Assembly: GCA_951406725.2 (NCBI GenBank) | Contig: OX597829.1 | Location: forward strand, 19,840,001 to 19,904,000 | Reading direction: 5' to 3' | Source: Octopus vulgaris | Lineage: Eukaryota | DNA: 64,000 bases | Shown: positions 26,100 to 39,122 of the stretch, one piece after another | How positions within the stretch are numbered: the stretch's first letter is position 1 | How the letters are laid out: each line of letters opens with the position of its first letter | Made by a program: the position numbers and the translations under genes | The notes under the pieces: model-generated | Told to the model about the DNA's origin: nothing | What the model saw: the letters and a program-made list of their open reading frames with translations, nothing else | The model's database searches: none

Positions 26100-27570
26100 A
26101 TGTCTATTTTCCATTCATGAGTTGGACAGTTTGACAGAAACTGACCAGCTGAAGGCCTGTTCGGGCTCCATGTCTGTCTTGGCATGGTTTCTTTAGCTGG
26201 ATGTCCTTCCTAATGCCAATCACTCTACAGAATATACTGGGTACTTTTACACAGCACCGGTATGGGTGCTTTTTATGTGGCACCAGCACCTGCAAGCCTG
26301 CAAGGTTAGAGATGGTCAGCTAGAGAGGGTTGTAGGGAACAACCACACTTTTACTTAGCTTGACAGGTCTTTTCAAGTACATCAAAGTGCCAGGAGCCTC
26401 AGTCCTCTGTCATCCCCTCTGTGAGTCCTAGTATCTGAAGATTCTGTCTCGCCACATCATCCCACGTCTTCCTCGGTTTACTCTTTCCACATGTTCCCTC
26501 TATAATTAGAGGTTGGCAACCTCTTGATGCAACTGTCCTCATTCATATGCACCACATGGCCATATTAGTGCTGTCTTCTCTCTTGCACATTACATCTGAT
26601 GCTACATATACCCAGTTTTTCTCCCAAAATCACTTTCACTCTGTTGTATATGCACACTGACATTACCCATCCAGCAAAGCATACTGGCTTCCTTTCTTTC
26701 ATCTCTTCACACATCTTCAGTAGTCACAGCCCATGTCTCTCTGGCATGTACCATAGCTGTCTGTACATAGGCATCGTGCAATCTACCTTTCACTCTGAGG
26801 AAGAAGCCCTTCATTACTAACAGAGGTAGTAGATCTCTGAACTTTGTCCAGCCTATCTAGCTATCTAGCAGCTATCCTTTCAGAACAATCACCCCATCCC
26901 ACTACAAACTTGGTCACCTAAGTAATGGAAACAGTCTACTACCCTTGGCATACAAGGGAGTCTTTTTTTGTACATTCCTGGTGTTTAATGTACCTGTACA
27001 CCTGCCACATGTAAAGACTGCTTTCTCCATTAGTCATCCAGTGATACCACAGCACCTCCTATGTGTCCATAGCTTGCATTGTGTACACTTTGTGGAGTTT
27101 CTCTGACACCTTTTTTACATATTGAGCAGAGCCATCTCCCTGAAGGTACCTGCAGTTTGTCTGTTTTCTTACTTATCAATACTTTGGTATTTGTTATGTT
27201 AACTCTAAGGCCTTTTGATTCCAGACCTTGCTTCCATACCTGAAGTTTTTCTCTAGTTCTGTTAGTGATTCAGCAATAAGAACAAGGTTATCAGCATAGA
27301 GGAGCTCCAGGGGCAGCCAGTCTTCAATTTCTCAGTTATAAATTGGAAGACCATGATAAATAAGAAGGGGCTAAAAACCAACCCCTGGTGGACTCCTACT
27401 TGTACATTAAACTCCTTGCTATACTCATTGGCGACTCTCACCTTACTAATGGCATCCCTGTACATGGCTTGCACAGCTCTCACTAACCACTCATCTGTCT
27501 CTGGCTTCCACAATGCGCACCCAATAAGAGATTGGGGGACCCTGTCAAAGGCTTTCTGCATGTCAGCAAA
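26100..27570 (-). pseudogene. Degenerate RTE LINE copy (3' half of RT plus 3' UTR)
   Basis: ORF 27262-27561 (QKAFDRVP...VGVHQG) is homologous to 988-2682; PHD remnant and 3' UTR are present. Confidence 0.9.
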
Positions 27571-27589
27571 ATAATATATAAATATAAAT

Positions 27590-27629
<40 letters not shown>

Positions 27630-27856
27630 TATATATATATTTAAAATTTATAAGTTTAAATTATTTAAATAATTTTTTTAATTTTTAACTTTTATATTTT
27701 TTAATTAATTTATGTATTGGCTTATGTTTTTCACTATTTGATTTGCCTAATAGTGGTTTTATCTCTTATTTAATATAATATAATATAATATATTTATACT
27801 ATAAAATTGGATTTAATCCTAAATCTAATTTTTCCCTGTAAGTTTGGATTTATTCC

Positions 27857-27914
<58 letters not shown>

Positions 27915-27915
27915 T

Positions 27916-27946
<31 letters not shown>

Positions 27947-27947
27947 C

Positions 27948-28499
27948 ATAGGGTTATTCAAACAGTATGAACTGATTTCATTATGCAATATTTTAATAAG
28001 GAAAAGCAATAGAAAACTCCAGCTAAGTCACAAGTATTTACTCACAAATAACTTTTATTTCCTGTCTTACAAGTGTTCAATGTGGCCACCACCTGCAGCA
28101 CGGGCAACATCAATGCGATAAGAGAATTCTTCCCAAACGTATATATGCTTATCACCATCCACTGAGTTGATTGCTGTTGTTATTCAATGTTTAAGGTCAT
28201 TGAGGTTAGTGGGTAGTGGTGGAGCATAAATGTGATCTTTTACATATCCCCACAAGAAAAAATCACACACAGTGGATCACACACTCAGTGGATCATTATA
28301 TGCTGGTACACATCTGGGAGGAATTCTCTCATTGCATTGATGTTGTCAGTGCTGCAGGTGGTGGCCACATTGAACACTTCTTAGACAGGAAATAAAAGTT
28401 GATTGTGAGTAAATACTTGGGACTCAGCTGGAGTTTTCTATTGCTTTTCCTTATTAAAATATTGCATAGCGAAATTGGTTCATCTTTTTTTAATAACTC

Positions 28500-28503
<4 letters not shown>
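27948..28503. mobile_element. Tc1-derived foldback element made of two inverted transposon right ends
   Basis: ~190-bp imperfect inverted arms; the minus strand reads CDFFLWGYVKDHIY...WEEFSYRIDVARAAGGGHIEHL*; flanked by TA repeats. Confidence 0.8.
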
Positions 28504-28556
<53 letters not shown>

Positions 28557-29664
28557 GCACACATACATACGCAGGTTCTGCCTATTCCTCCAGAACCAGT
28601 AAGTAAAAGAAAAAAAGAAAATTAACCAGCTCACTTTGCAACCATATGGTTTTGGGCTCAGTTCCACCTTGTGTGACATCTTGCAAATTTTCTACTCTCC
28701 CTTTTTTTTCTTTTTGTTTTCTTTTAACTTACTGCTTCCAGAGGAATGGACAGTACCTATACCCTATACAAGCCCTTTTAAGACCAATGAGCTTGATGCC
28801 AGGAACTTTCCTTTGGAACTTTTGCAAGTCAACAACTGCAGGTAACAGGAAGGACAAGAGCAGGAAAGGGATTCCAGAGAGACAACATTTTGAGAAGGAA
28901 GAACTTTGTACAGATTAATGCAGAATCTGGGATTAGTTAGACACAAGTGTGATGGGAGGAGTCACCAGTTTGACATGTTGTCAACAAAGATTTTTGTCTG
29001 AAAGTAACATTTAGAATTTGCTCTCTAATCAGATTTATTCCAAATCTTATGGTTATGCGAAGAAAGTTGACTTATATTATTAAATTCATTATCAACTGGA
29101 TCCAATATTAACTTTACAAGAACTTTACTTTTCCTTTTTTCTGTTTCTAATAAAGAATCATAAAATATACGTAACAGCTGAGTATATTTCAAGATAACTG
29201 GTTTATTAGCTTCTTTTCATTCAAATTGCAATTTGTTTTGTTATTATTGGTGTAAGGTTGGCATGATTTACATGAATTTCTATGTTTTGTGCATGCATAT
29301 GTGTGTGTATGTGTGTTTGTGTGTGCAGACATGAATGTATACATTTCTCTCACTTTGTCTCTGTACATTTGTATGTACATATACATACATATATGGATGC
29401 ATGCATATATACATGAATATGTATTATGATGTATGCATGTATGTGCTTGTGTACGTATGCTTATACATATGCACACACACACATGCATGGGCACATGCAT
29501 GCACACACACACACATATGCACATCCCAGATGGTACTACTTAGCTAGCTCCAACCTGGGCCACTACCAACTGAAATCAATTAAAACAGAAGAGAGAATGA
29601 AGTGAGGTGGTAAGAAAGCATGACCATAACTTGTGCTGAATTATTGAACTGTCATTAGCAAATC

Positions 29665-30105
29665 ATGATGGTGGCAATGACAAAGACGATGATGACAACG
29701 GCAACAATGATAACAACAATTTTGATGATGGTGGTGGTGGTGGTGTTGGTGTTGGTGGTGGTGGTGGTGGTGGTGTTGGTGTTGGTGGTGGTGGTGGTGG
29801 TGGTGGTGGTGGTGGTGGTGGTGGTGGTGGTGGTGGTGGTGATGGTGGTGGTGGTGGTGGTGGTGGTGGTGGTGGTGGTGGTGGTGGTGGTGGTGGTGGT
29901 GGTGGTGGTGGTGGTGGTGGTGGTGTTGGTGGTGGTGGTGGTGGTGGTGATGGTGGTGGTAGTGATGGTGTTGGTGTTGGTGGTGGTGATGGTGGTGGTG
30001 GTGGTGGTGGTGGTGATGGTGGTGGTGGAGGTGGTGGTAGAGGCATGGCGATGATAACGGTGATGATGGTGATGATTATTTTTAGTGGTGGCAATGGTGA
30101 TGGGA
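29665..30105. repeat. (GGT)n/(GAT)n trinucleotide repeat
   Basis: Seen directly in the sequence. Confidence 0.95.
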
Positions 30106-30389
30106 GTGGGTGTGACACTGACTAGGATGATGTATTTTTGTGTGGGTTTGCATGTGCACCAAGTCTGTTTATTGGGTTATATGCTTATGTATGTAAGCTT
30201 ATGGGTATGTTTTCCTCATAATCCTTTGTGTACATAAAAATACATGAGTGCTTCAGATATGTACCCATCATGTTTGTATTTTCATTTATTTATGCTAAAA
30301 CTTTCTTATACGTTTTTATATACATTTATATCTATCCGTCTATCACTACCTTTCTCTCTCTCCCTCTCTCTCTCACTCTCTAGATTTAC

Positions 30390-30630
30390 ATATGTATGAG
30401 TGTATGTGTGTGTGTGTGTGTATAAATATATGTATGTATGCAAGTATGTATGTATGCATGTATGTATGTATGTATGTATGTATGTATGTATGAATGTATG
30501 TATGTATGTATGTATGTGTGTGTGTATGTATGTATGTATGTATGAATGTATGTATGTATGTATGTACGTACGTACGTATGTATGTATGTATGTATGTATG
30601 TATGTATGTATGTGTGTGTGTGTATGTATG

Positions 30631-30662
<32 letters not shown>

Positions 30663-30710
30663 TGTATGTATGTATGTATGTATGTATGTATGTGTGTGTG
30701 TGTATGTATG

Positions 30711-30742
<32 letters not shown>

Positions 30743-30850
30743 TGTATGTATGTATGTATGTATTATGTATGAATGTATGTATGTATGTATGTATGTATGT
30801 ATGTATTATGTATGTGTGTGTGTGCATGCATGTATGTATATGTATGTTTC
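30390..30850. repeat. (TATG)n microsatellite; similar tracts at 12585-12680 and 34520-34797
   Basis: Seen directly in the sequence. Confidence 0.95.
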
Positions 30851-31096
30851 TATACTAACATGCACACATACATGCTCATGCACATGCTCATACAAACAGG
30901 CATGCATATATTAACCCATGTATTTACATATAATTATGCAATGAAATGATGTACGTATCTATGTATATATCTATACTGCATATGTATTTTAAACAATAGC
31001 TTCAATTTATGCTTGCTGTCATTTCCAAGTATTTGTTAGTGTTTGTACATGGGCAATCACTTATCTGTGAAATCATATATATTTATTTTGAAGCAA

Positions 31097-31165
31097 TATA
31101 TATAGCAAATGGGGAAGATATTTTGATCACTTAAAAATATTGTTCCAGCCGTGCAGATCCACAAG
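31097..31165 (+). promoter_or_regulatory. Candidate core promoter (TATA box + Inr) and short non-coding first exon of the secreted-protein gene
   Basis: TATATATAG at 31097; Inr-like TCACTT with A at 31129, 30-32 nt downstream; strong donor ACAAG|GTAAGG (GT at 31166); no ATG in the exon; lies in non-repetitive DNA. Linkage to exon 46664 is inferred. Confidence 0.5.
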
Positions 31166-32118
31166 GTAAGGAATAGCTACTATTGACATTGCTCCTCGCT
31201 TTACTATGGATAGTTTGTCTTCTTATTTTCCAGGTTTAATTATAAGTCTTGCTGATTATGTTCAGTTGTTGAATAAATATTGTTTTAATGCTAGTCTTCT
31301 CACTTCTCAACATCTTTAGCCTTTATTCCTTTCAACCCTATGATTACTGCTCTAAAAAGCACCATAAAATTTTTAAAAATTTTTACCAAGATTTTCACCC
31401 AACTTTCACTTTATGACTTCAAACTTCAAAATATCTTAATGTTTACTTGTAGAATATGTGGAACAAGTCTTAGGTTGTTGGTGAATAATGTTGTTGCAAT
31501 TAGGAGTTCTATGTTCTCTTTTGAACTCAAAAAATTCTTTTTTTCTTATATTCTACTTAACACATTCTGGAGTAAAGAACCTGTTTTTGAAACATCACTT
31601 AGATTAGAATTTTCCAAATACAGTTCTGAAGAACCCTTGGATTTTGTAAAACATTCTAGCATTTCATGAGATAGATATTTTAACAGAATTTAATAAAAAT
31701 TCTAAAAATGGTATTAACCTTTTAATTTGAAATTAATAAGTTATACATTTATATATATATATGAACAAATTCTGTCTTTTAAACAATTTCTGTTTTCATT
31801 TTTGTTTTATTAAAATTAGAATGCTAGGGTTGTCCATAAAATATAGACACAGGCATGGTTGTGTAATAAGAAGTTTGCTTCCTAACCAAATGGTTCTGGG
31901 TTCTGCCTCACTGCACAACACTTTGGACAAGTGCCTTCTATTTCAGTCCTGGGCCAAAGCTTTGAGAGTGGATTTGTTTGGTGGAAACTGAAAGAAGCCC
32001 ATCATGTGTGTGTGTGTGTGTGTGTAGATATATATTTTATGTAATCATTGGTTATGGCCAGTCAGAAAATTACCATTGGTTTCATGTCTATGTATGTATA
32101 TGTATGTATGTATGTATG

Positions 32119-32303
<185 letters not shown>

Positions 32304-32633
32304 TCATCGTTAACGTCCGCTTTCCGCGCTAGCACGGGTTGGACGGTTTGACCGGGTCTGGGAAGCCATACGGCTGGATGCCTTCCTAACGCCAACCACT
32401 CCGTGAGTGGATTGGGTGCTTTTACGTGCCACCTGCACAGGGCCGGAGGGTCCGGCATACGATCGGTTCGAGCATTTTAACGTGTCAGCGGCACGGGGGC
32501 AACGAGGTCCGGGTACTTTGGGGATCCAGGGTACTTTGGGGATCCGGGGTACTTAGAATGGGTAGGGGGTATGTGGAATTGCTGCAGAAAGCAGCCCGGG
32601 TCTTTGTAGTCACAGCATTTATCGTCACTGAGT

Positions 32634-32687
<54 letters not shown>

Positions 32688-32915
32688 GGTGGCAAGCTGG
32701 CAGAATCATTAGCACACCAGGCGAATTGCTTAGCAGTATTTCGTCTGCCGTTACATTCTGAGTTCAAATTCCGCTGATGTCGACTTTGCCTTTCATTCTT
32801 TCGTGGTCGATAAATTAAGTACCAGTTACGAACTGGGGTCGATGTAATCGACTTAATCCCTCTATCTGTTCTTGTTTGTCCCCTCTATGTTTAGCCCTTT
32901 GTGGGTAATAAAGAA
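32688..32915 (+). mobile_element. tRNA-derived SINE with a Meta-like central domain; copies at ~4940-5150 (+), 40085-40320 (-) and 50230-50330 (-)
   Basis: Head ggcaagctggcagaatcattagc, B-box gagttcaaattcc, core gtcgactttgcctttcat.ctttcg.ggtcgataaa..aagtaccag. Confidence 0.8.
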
Positions 32916-33084
32916 ATAATATATATACATATGTATATATATGTCTATGTGTGCATGATCCCAGGAAGAGAGGGTGCATGGAGTGCAAACACACCTCCTA
33001 AAATTCTTGGAGGCTGCAGAATCAAAATTTGCAGCCCTACTTACTTTTCTCAGGTTTAGAAAACATGCATAAAAAGTGATGGTG

Positions 33085-33230
33085 ACACACAATCTATAGA
33101 GTGTGCAAAGGTCAAGCAATCATTCCTCATTGTCATTTATGCTACTAATCCATGACTTTCTCAGGTAGCCTGGCCAGGAGTCTTAGTCAATATCCGCTCT
33201 GGCATTAAAACTGCTCATAGAACTTAGCTT
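33085..33230. repeat. Dispersed repeat with an inverted copy at ~40533-40680
   Basis: cacacaatctatagagtg...ctcaggtagcctggccaggag matches the reverse complement at 40533-40680. Confidence 0.75.
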
Positions 33231-33808
33231 GAAGTCAGATTTCTTCTGAAAAAAAAAAGAAAAAAGGGAAAAAAACCTTGTTTGTAAAAAAAAAACTCTG
33301 GACTTGAGTTTGCAGCCCCTAAGCAAATTTTATTCCCAAGCCACTGTATGTGTGTGTAAGTCTTTATGTTTGTAGCTGTCCTTCACATCCACTTGACAAC
33401 TGATATTTGTTTATTTACATCCCTGTAACTTAGTGGTTTGGCAAAAGAGACCAGTAGAGTAAGTATCAGGCTTAAAACAAAATAAGTCCTGAGACCAATT
33501 CATTCAACTATAACCCTTCAAGGCAGTGCCCAATATGGCCGCAATCCAATGATTGAAGAAAGATAAAAGATTGAAGACTGATTCCATGACATTTTTGGAA
33601 AATAGTACAAGGGTTCCATAAGAAAGTAAGTTTAGGAACCCTTGGCTTAGATAATGATACCTGAAGGAAAAAATATCTCCTCAGTAAATTCTTTGAATAT
33701 TTGTGGCACTGTCAGTCAGTGGCTCTAAAACAGACAAATATCAGGTTCACCTTAGGGACATTTTTTACCCAATCCCTTCTTTATTAATGTGATTACAATA
33801 TAGATTTC

Positions 33809-34010
33809 GGAGATGTACTTGCATAGCAAGTGACCTGATCTGAGACTGTGCGCTGAAACAAAGGCAATTGCAGTGTGGAAGGTGCTTATAAGTCATTTAA
33901 AAACACACAAAAACCATTAGATTCACTTCAACATTTAAATTTAATTTAAAATATTTTCATCACTTTGAGACTGTGACCTATTCACTGACAAAATTCTGTG
34001 CTGCATCTCA
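33809..34010. mobile_element. Dispersed short repeat family; copies at 18816-18990 (opposite strand) and 60589-60765
   Basis: Shared ggagatgtact.gcatagcaagt.a..tgatctgaga...gcag.gtggaaggtg.ttataag.catttaa.aaacacacaaaa; ends in a hammerhead-shaped module. Confidence 0.75.
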
Positions 34011-34667
34011 TAGATTTCACATCCAAAAAATTTTTCTTTCTTCATCAAGGTGTTAGATAAGCTAAAAAAAGTTTCAAAAGTCATTTTAGTTTTATTTAAT
34101 GTTTGTCAACAGTTTTTGTAGCTTTCATCACATCCTCCCAAGAGCATCACTGAGGATTAACTAAATTTTTCATCTTTTATACATAGGTCCATCTTCTATT
34201 TGCAGTATTTCTTAGGGTGCATTGTAAAGATTGATTAAACTTATGAGAGTTAAGTAGTTTTATTATTTATGCAATCTAAGTCTTCTTGTCAAGAAGTATA
34301 CAACACCACAAAAGCCAGTGCAATATAAACTGGAAATCCTTTGAATAGAAAGCAGGCACTTTCTGTTAACTCCTTTCCAAAAAGATTCTACAAGTTTGTG
34401 TAATTTTAGTCTTTGGATCTGCAAAGTCTTTGGATCTTGTCACTGGCAAAAATCAATTCTTATTCAGAGTAACTGCACTCTTTGATGAGTTAGGGACTGT
34501 ATGCCACTCAAAAGTTCTTTCCATATGTATGTGTGTATGTTAGTATTTATGGATGCATGCACATACGTACATACATATGTATGTATGCATGTATGTATGC
34601 ATGTATGTATATGTATGTTTATGTATGTGAATACACACATATACACACACATACATACGTATGTACA

Positions 34668-34701
<34 letters not shown>

Positions 34702-34796
34702 CATACATACACACATACATACATACATACATACATACATACATACATACATACATACATACATACATACATACATACATACATACATACATACAC

Positions 34797-35585
34797 ATTT
34801 GGCCTTCTGAACTGGTCACTACAGGAACTCAATGAGACAGATGTCCAAACTCACAAGTTACTCAATGATATGAGAAACTTCAACACCAATGGAGATGTAG
34901 TCAGGTTGTACTTCTCACGCAAGCATGGTAGACGTGGTCTCAAATCTGTATTGATGTCATATGAAGCAGCACATATCGTGACACTAAAACAACATCTGCA
35001 GCAGGGGAAAAGGAGACCAATAACTATCTTACCTAATTTGTAAGCATGAAAACAGTATCATTAGGATAGGTAGTGAACTTGAGGAGAGGGATGAAATAGG
35101 AAATGATATTGGTCTCTCCTCAAACAGCATTGGTATATTCTGTTTATTGGAAGAGCAAAATAAAAAGAAAATGGACTTGTTCACTGGGAAGTTATTTCAT
35201 GGGTACAAATCATAGAAGGTACTGATCAAGTCAAGAGCTTAGTATGAAGTACTGACAAGTTTATGACATTCCACTTCAAAGGCTACCTCCATACTATTCA
35301 AGAACAAGACCTTCTAACCAAGTACCTACCACTTATGATTACTTACCAGTCACCAAGTACCGACCACTTTAGAGTACCTACCACTTAAGAGGCAGAAAAC
35401 AATGACAGACAACAAATGTAGGCTGTGCAAAGCCAAGAGTGAAGACATTAACCACATTATTGCCAGCTGTGAGAGAATGTCTTCTAGATATTATCTTCCC
35501 ATGAGGCATGATGCAGTGGCCAGAACGATCTGGAACAGAATAACAACAAAGAAAATACCTACATCCAAAGCTGAAAAACAATTAC
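34797..35585 (+). pseudogene. R4/Dong-like (restriction-like endonuclease) non-LTR retrotransposon fragment
   Basis: FGLLNWSLQEL..TD.QTHKLL...RLYFSRKHGRRGL, a CCHC knuckle CRLCKAKSEDINHIIASC, then the RHDAVA motif; contains frameshifts and stops. Confidence 0.75.
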
Positions 35586-37366
35586 TGAGGTTTTCTATAA
35601 ATTTACAAGTCATATAATTCTATCAATATATTTCTGAGATGAAGAATTTATATTAAGCCTATTCTTCATATTAGTTGAACTGGTGTCCTCATCTTGGTTG
35701 TTGCTTTCACCACGTTTTGGTTGGTGTAGGTTCCAGCCTTATTCAAGTGTCTTCTGTTGAACTCAGTTATTGTATCAGAATTTCAAACATCTACCTATTT
35801 CAAAATTCAGATATAATGGGCAAGTTCTACACAAGACACCTGAAGAAGGCTGGAGCATACAACAACCAAAACGTAGTGAAACCAACAGTTGAGATGAAGA
35901 CATCAGTTTGACTAATATAAACAGCAGACAAAATTGCAAGAGTCAGTTGCAGTGATTACAGAGTAGTGCCACTGTAGAAAGAAAATAGCTCACTGACTGT
36001 AAAGTTCTTATGAATAAGTGAACTGCTTTCAGAAGACCTCCCTGAGTGAACAATTCAAAAATTGTTTTCACTTCTTTTCTTGGAGATATATAAATAAAAA
36101 AGCCAGAGGCAAGTGACAGCCATTGATTACATCAGCATGAAGAAAGAAAATATAAAGTCAATCATAAATGGAGTTCGTTGGATCTCAGCAACAGACCTTG
36201 ACAGTTTCTTGACAATTCTGGTAATTCTACTAAAGACATGCAAAAAAAGACTAGTGAAACTGCTGCTGATACATTTTCAGTTCCCTTGCCAGTGAGAAAC
36301 TCCCATAAAGTTAAAAGAAAATATGGACAAAGCAGAGCAGAAGATAAAAATGGCTGGTCTATCTTTTTGACTTCAAATAGCTGAAAAATCATGGAACAAA
36401 TTTTCAATGATTTTACAAATTACATTCAGCACAACTTCCGTTTAGAAAGAAGCCATTAAACACAGCTACTACAGCATTATGATTGGGTATTGAAACAGTA
36501 TTTTTACATCTACTTTATTATGCTGGCATTATTCCGTATATTTATTGTAAAGATACCAACAATAAACAAGTAACAGGTTGGCTGAATTCCAAGATCATTC
36601 AGAACAAGAGAAGAGGAAATCATATTTGTCAGCCATCTAGACTATTGTTATCAATTATGGACATCACGTAGTACCAAGCTAACAGCAGAACGTGAGGTAA
36701 GCCAAAGCTATTACACAAAAAAAAAATTGCCTCAATATAATAGATGACTTGCTGAGAAAATTTGAAAGAATTGAAATTTTATATGTAGTGGAGACAAGTG
36801 TTTTTCTATCTCTCTAAATAAAAGAACAATAACACTGACATTGAACACATATACACCCTGCTATGAAATACATTTTATGATCTCTTCTTCCACTAGAAGA
36901 AAACAATAAACAACTTACTGAGAAATACAACTGTTGCTTAAGTTCAATAGAATGTATGACCTAAATCACACAACATGTGATGAATCTTGACGTTGAAAAC
37001 ATGAAAAAATATGGAAACTCATCACAAAGATGTTGGCTAAGTGAGAGAAACAAACCAAGTGCTGCAATCAACAATCCTGATAAATCCTGTACTTCAACTC
37101 TTGCAAATCTCTTTCGTTAATGAGATATAAAAGAGCATCATGTGAAAGCTTTCTTTTGCCATGTACAAATCTATTAAATCAAAAACGAGCACCATTGACC
37201 AATTACAGCATTCTTCTGTTTCATGTACTTGGACATTTTGCCTCCATGAAAGGAGACCAATCTCCAACTAGAGTGGAATACTGGCATCTCTGTCTTTGAA
37301 CTTACCTCCATGAATTCTAGCACAATTTCCTTTTTACATTTCATGAATCTTTTTTTGGCACCAATT

Positions 37367-39122
37367 CATCATCATCATCATCATTTAACGTCTGTTGTCC
37401 ATGCTGGCATGGGTTGAATGGTTTAATCGAGCTGGCACACTGGAAGGCTGCACCAGACTCCAGTCTGATTTGGCTTGGTTTTCAACAACAGGATGCCCTT
37501 CCTAATGCCAACCACTCCGAGAGTGTAATGGGTGCTTTTACATGCCACCGGCACAGGTGCCATTTGTGTGGCACCGATATCTTCCACAACTGTGACTTTG
37601 CTAGGCTTGATAGGTCTTCTCAAGCATGACATAATGCCAAACGTCTTGGTCATTGCCTCCATGAGGCCAAACACTCGAAAGAAACTCAGCCACTTTGCTT
37701 CTGTGAAGTCCAATGCTCAAAAGGTGTTCTTTACATGTCACCAGCACAGGTGCACTTGGCTTGACAGGTCCTCTCAAGTACAGCACATCATCAAAGGTCT
37801 CGGTCACAAGTCATTGCCTCTGTGAGGCTCAAAGTTTGAAGATTATGCTTCACCACCTCATTCCATATCTTCCTGGGTCTACTTCTACCACAGGTTCCCT
37901 CCACAGTTAGAGATCAGCACTTCTTTACACAGTTGTCCTCATTCATACACATCATATGACCATACCAGTGCAGTTGTCTCTTATGCCTAACTTTTCTCTC
38001 AAGATGCTTACACTCTGTCAAACATGCATACTGCCTTTATTTCTTTTAAGCCTACATGTCCTCGGCTGTCACAGCCCAAATTTCACTGCCATGCAACATA
38101 GTTGTTCACACATAGGCATCAAACAATCCGCCTGTCACCCTGAGAGAGAGACCCTTTGTTGCCAGCAGGGGTAGGAGCTCTCTGAACTTTGTCCATCCTA
38201 ATCTTATTCTCACAGTTACACTCTTGGAGCATCTGCCTTCACTACTAACTTGGTCACCTAGATAACGGAAGCTATCTACTACCTCTAGCTTGCCCCACTG
38301 GCAGTTGATGGAGTTTATTTTCTGCCTATTTTCAGCGTTTATTGTACCTGTACATCTTCCACATACAAAGCTAGTTACTCTGTTAACCTTCCTCTGATAT
38401 TGCTGCACCTTTTATGTGTGCAAAGCTTACACCAGGTGCATCTTATAGAGTTTCTACCTATGCCTTTTCTACAGATCGAGCAGGGCTATCTACCTGATGG
38501 GATTTGAAATTCGTCTGCCTTCCTTTTTACTAATACCTTGGGTTTTGCTAGGTTAACTCTAAGGTCCTTCCATTCTAGACCTTGCTTCCATACCTCTAGT
38601 TCAGGTAGTGATTCAGCCTAAGAGCAAGGTCATCATCATAGAGTAGTTCACAGGGGCAGCCTGTCTTGAATCTCTCTGTTATTGCCTGGAGGACTATGAT
38701 GAACAAAAGGGGGCTGAGCACTGATCCTTGGTGAACCCCTACTTGTGCCCTGAATTCTTCGCTGTACTCATTGCCAACCCTTATCTTACTGGTTGCATCC
38801 CTGTACATAGCTTGTACAGCTCTCACAAACCACTTGTCTATACCTAGTTTCTGCATTGACCACCTGATAAGGGACCAGGGGATCCTGTCAAAGGCTTTCT
38901 CCAAGTCAACAAAGGCCAAGTACAGAGGTTTATCTTTGGTTATGTATTTCTCCTGCAGCTGCCTTACCAGAAATATAGCATCAGTGGTGCTTCTCCCTGG
39001 CACGAAACCAAACTGCATCTCATCTAAGCTAACTCTCTTCCTCCCTAATTAGTTGGGCTCTGACTCTCACCGAAATTTTCATCACCTGATCCAGCAATTT
39101 GATACTCCTGTAATTATTTCTA
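37367..39122 (-). pseudogene. Degenerate RTE LINE copy
   Basis: ORFs 38596-39018 (MQFGFVPGRSTTDAIF...LYDDD) and 38106-38408; the (CAT)n at ~37370 is the reverse-strand (GAT)n tail. Confidence 0.93.

Noticed and set aside
29663-30118. Poly-Pro/poly-Val ORFs resembling extensin or formin
   Set aside because: Pure (GGT)n microsatellite, open on both strands by construction.
30306-30914. YIHT/MYVC-repeat ORFs (also at 34464, 55581-57968 and 59079-60393)
   Set aside because: Translations of (TATG)n, (TA)n and (TCTA)n.
35990-37330. Possible exons or a decayed transposase in A-rich unique-looking DNA (also 39640-40070 and 40700-41600)
   Set aside because: Multiple stops in all frames and no motif I can recognise; needs BLASTX.
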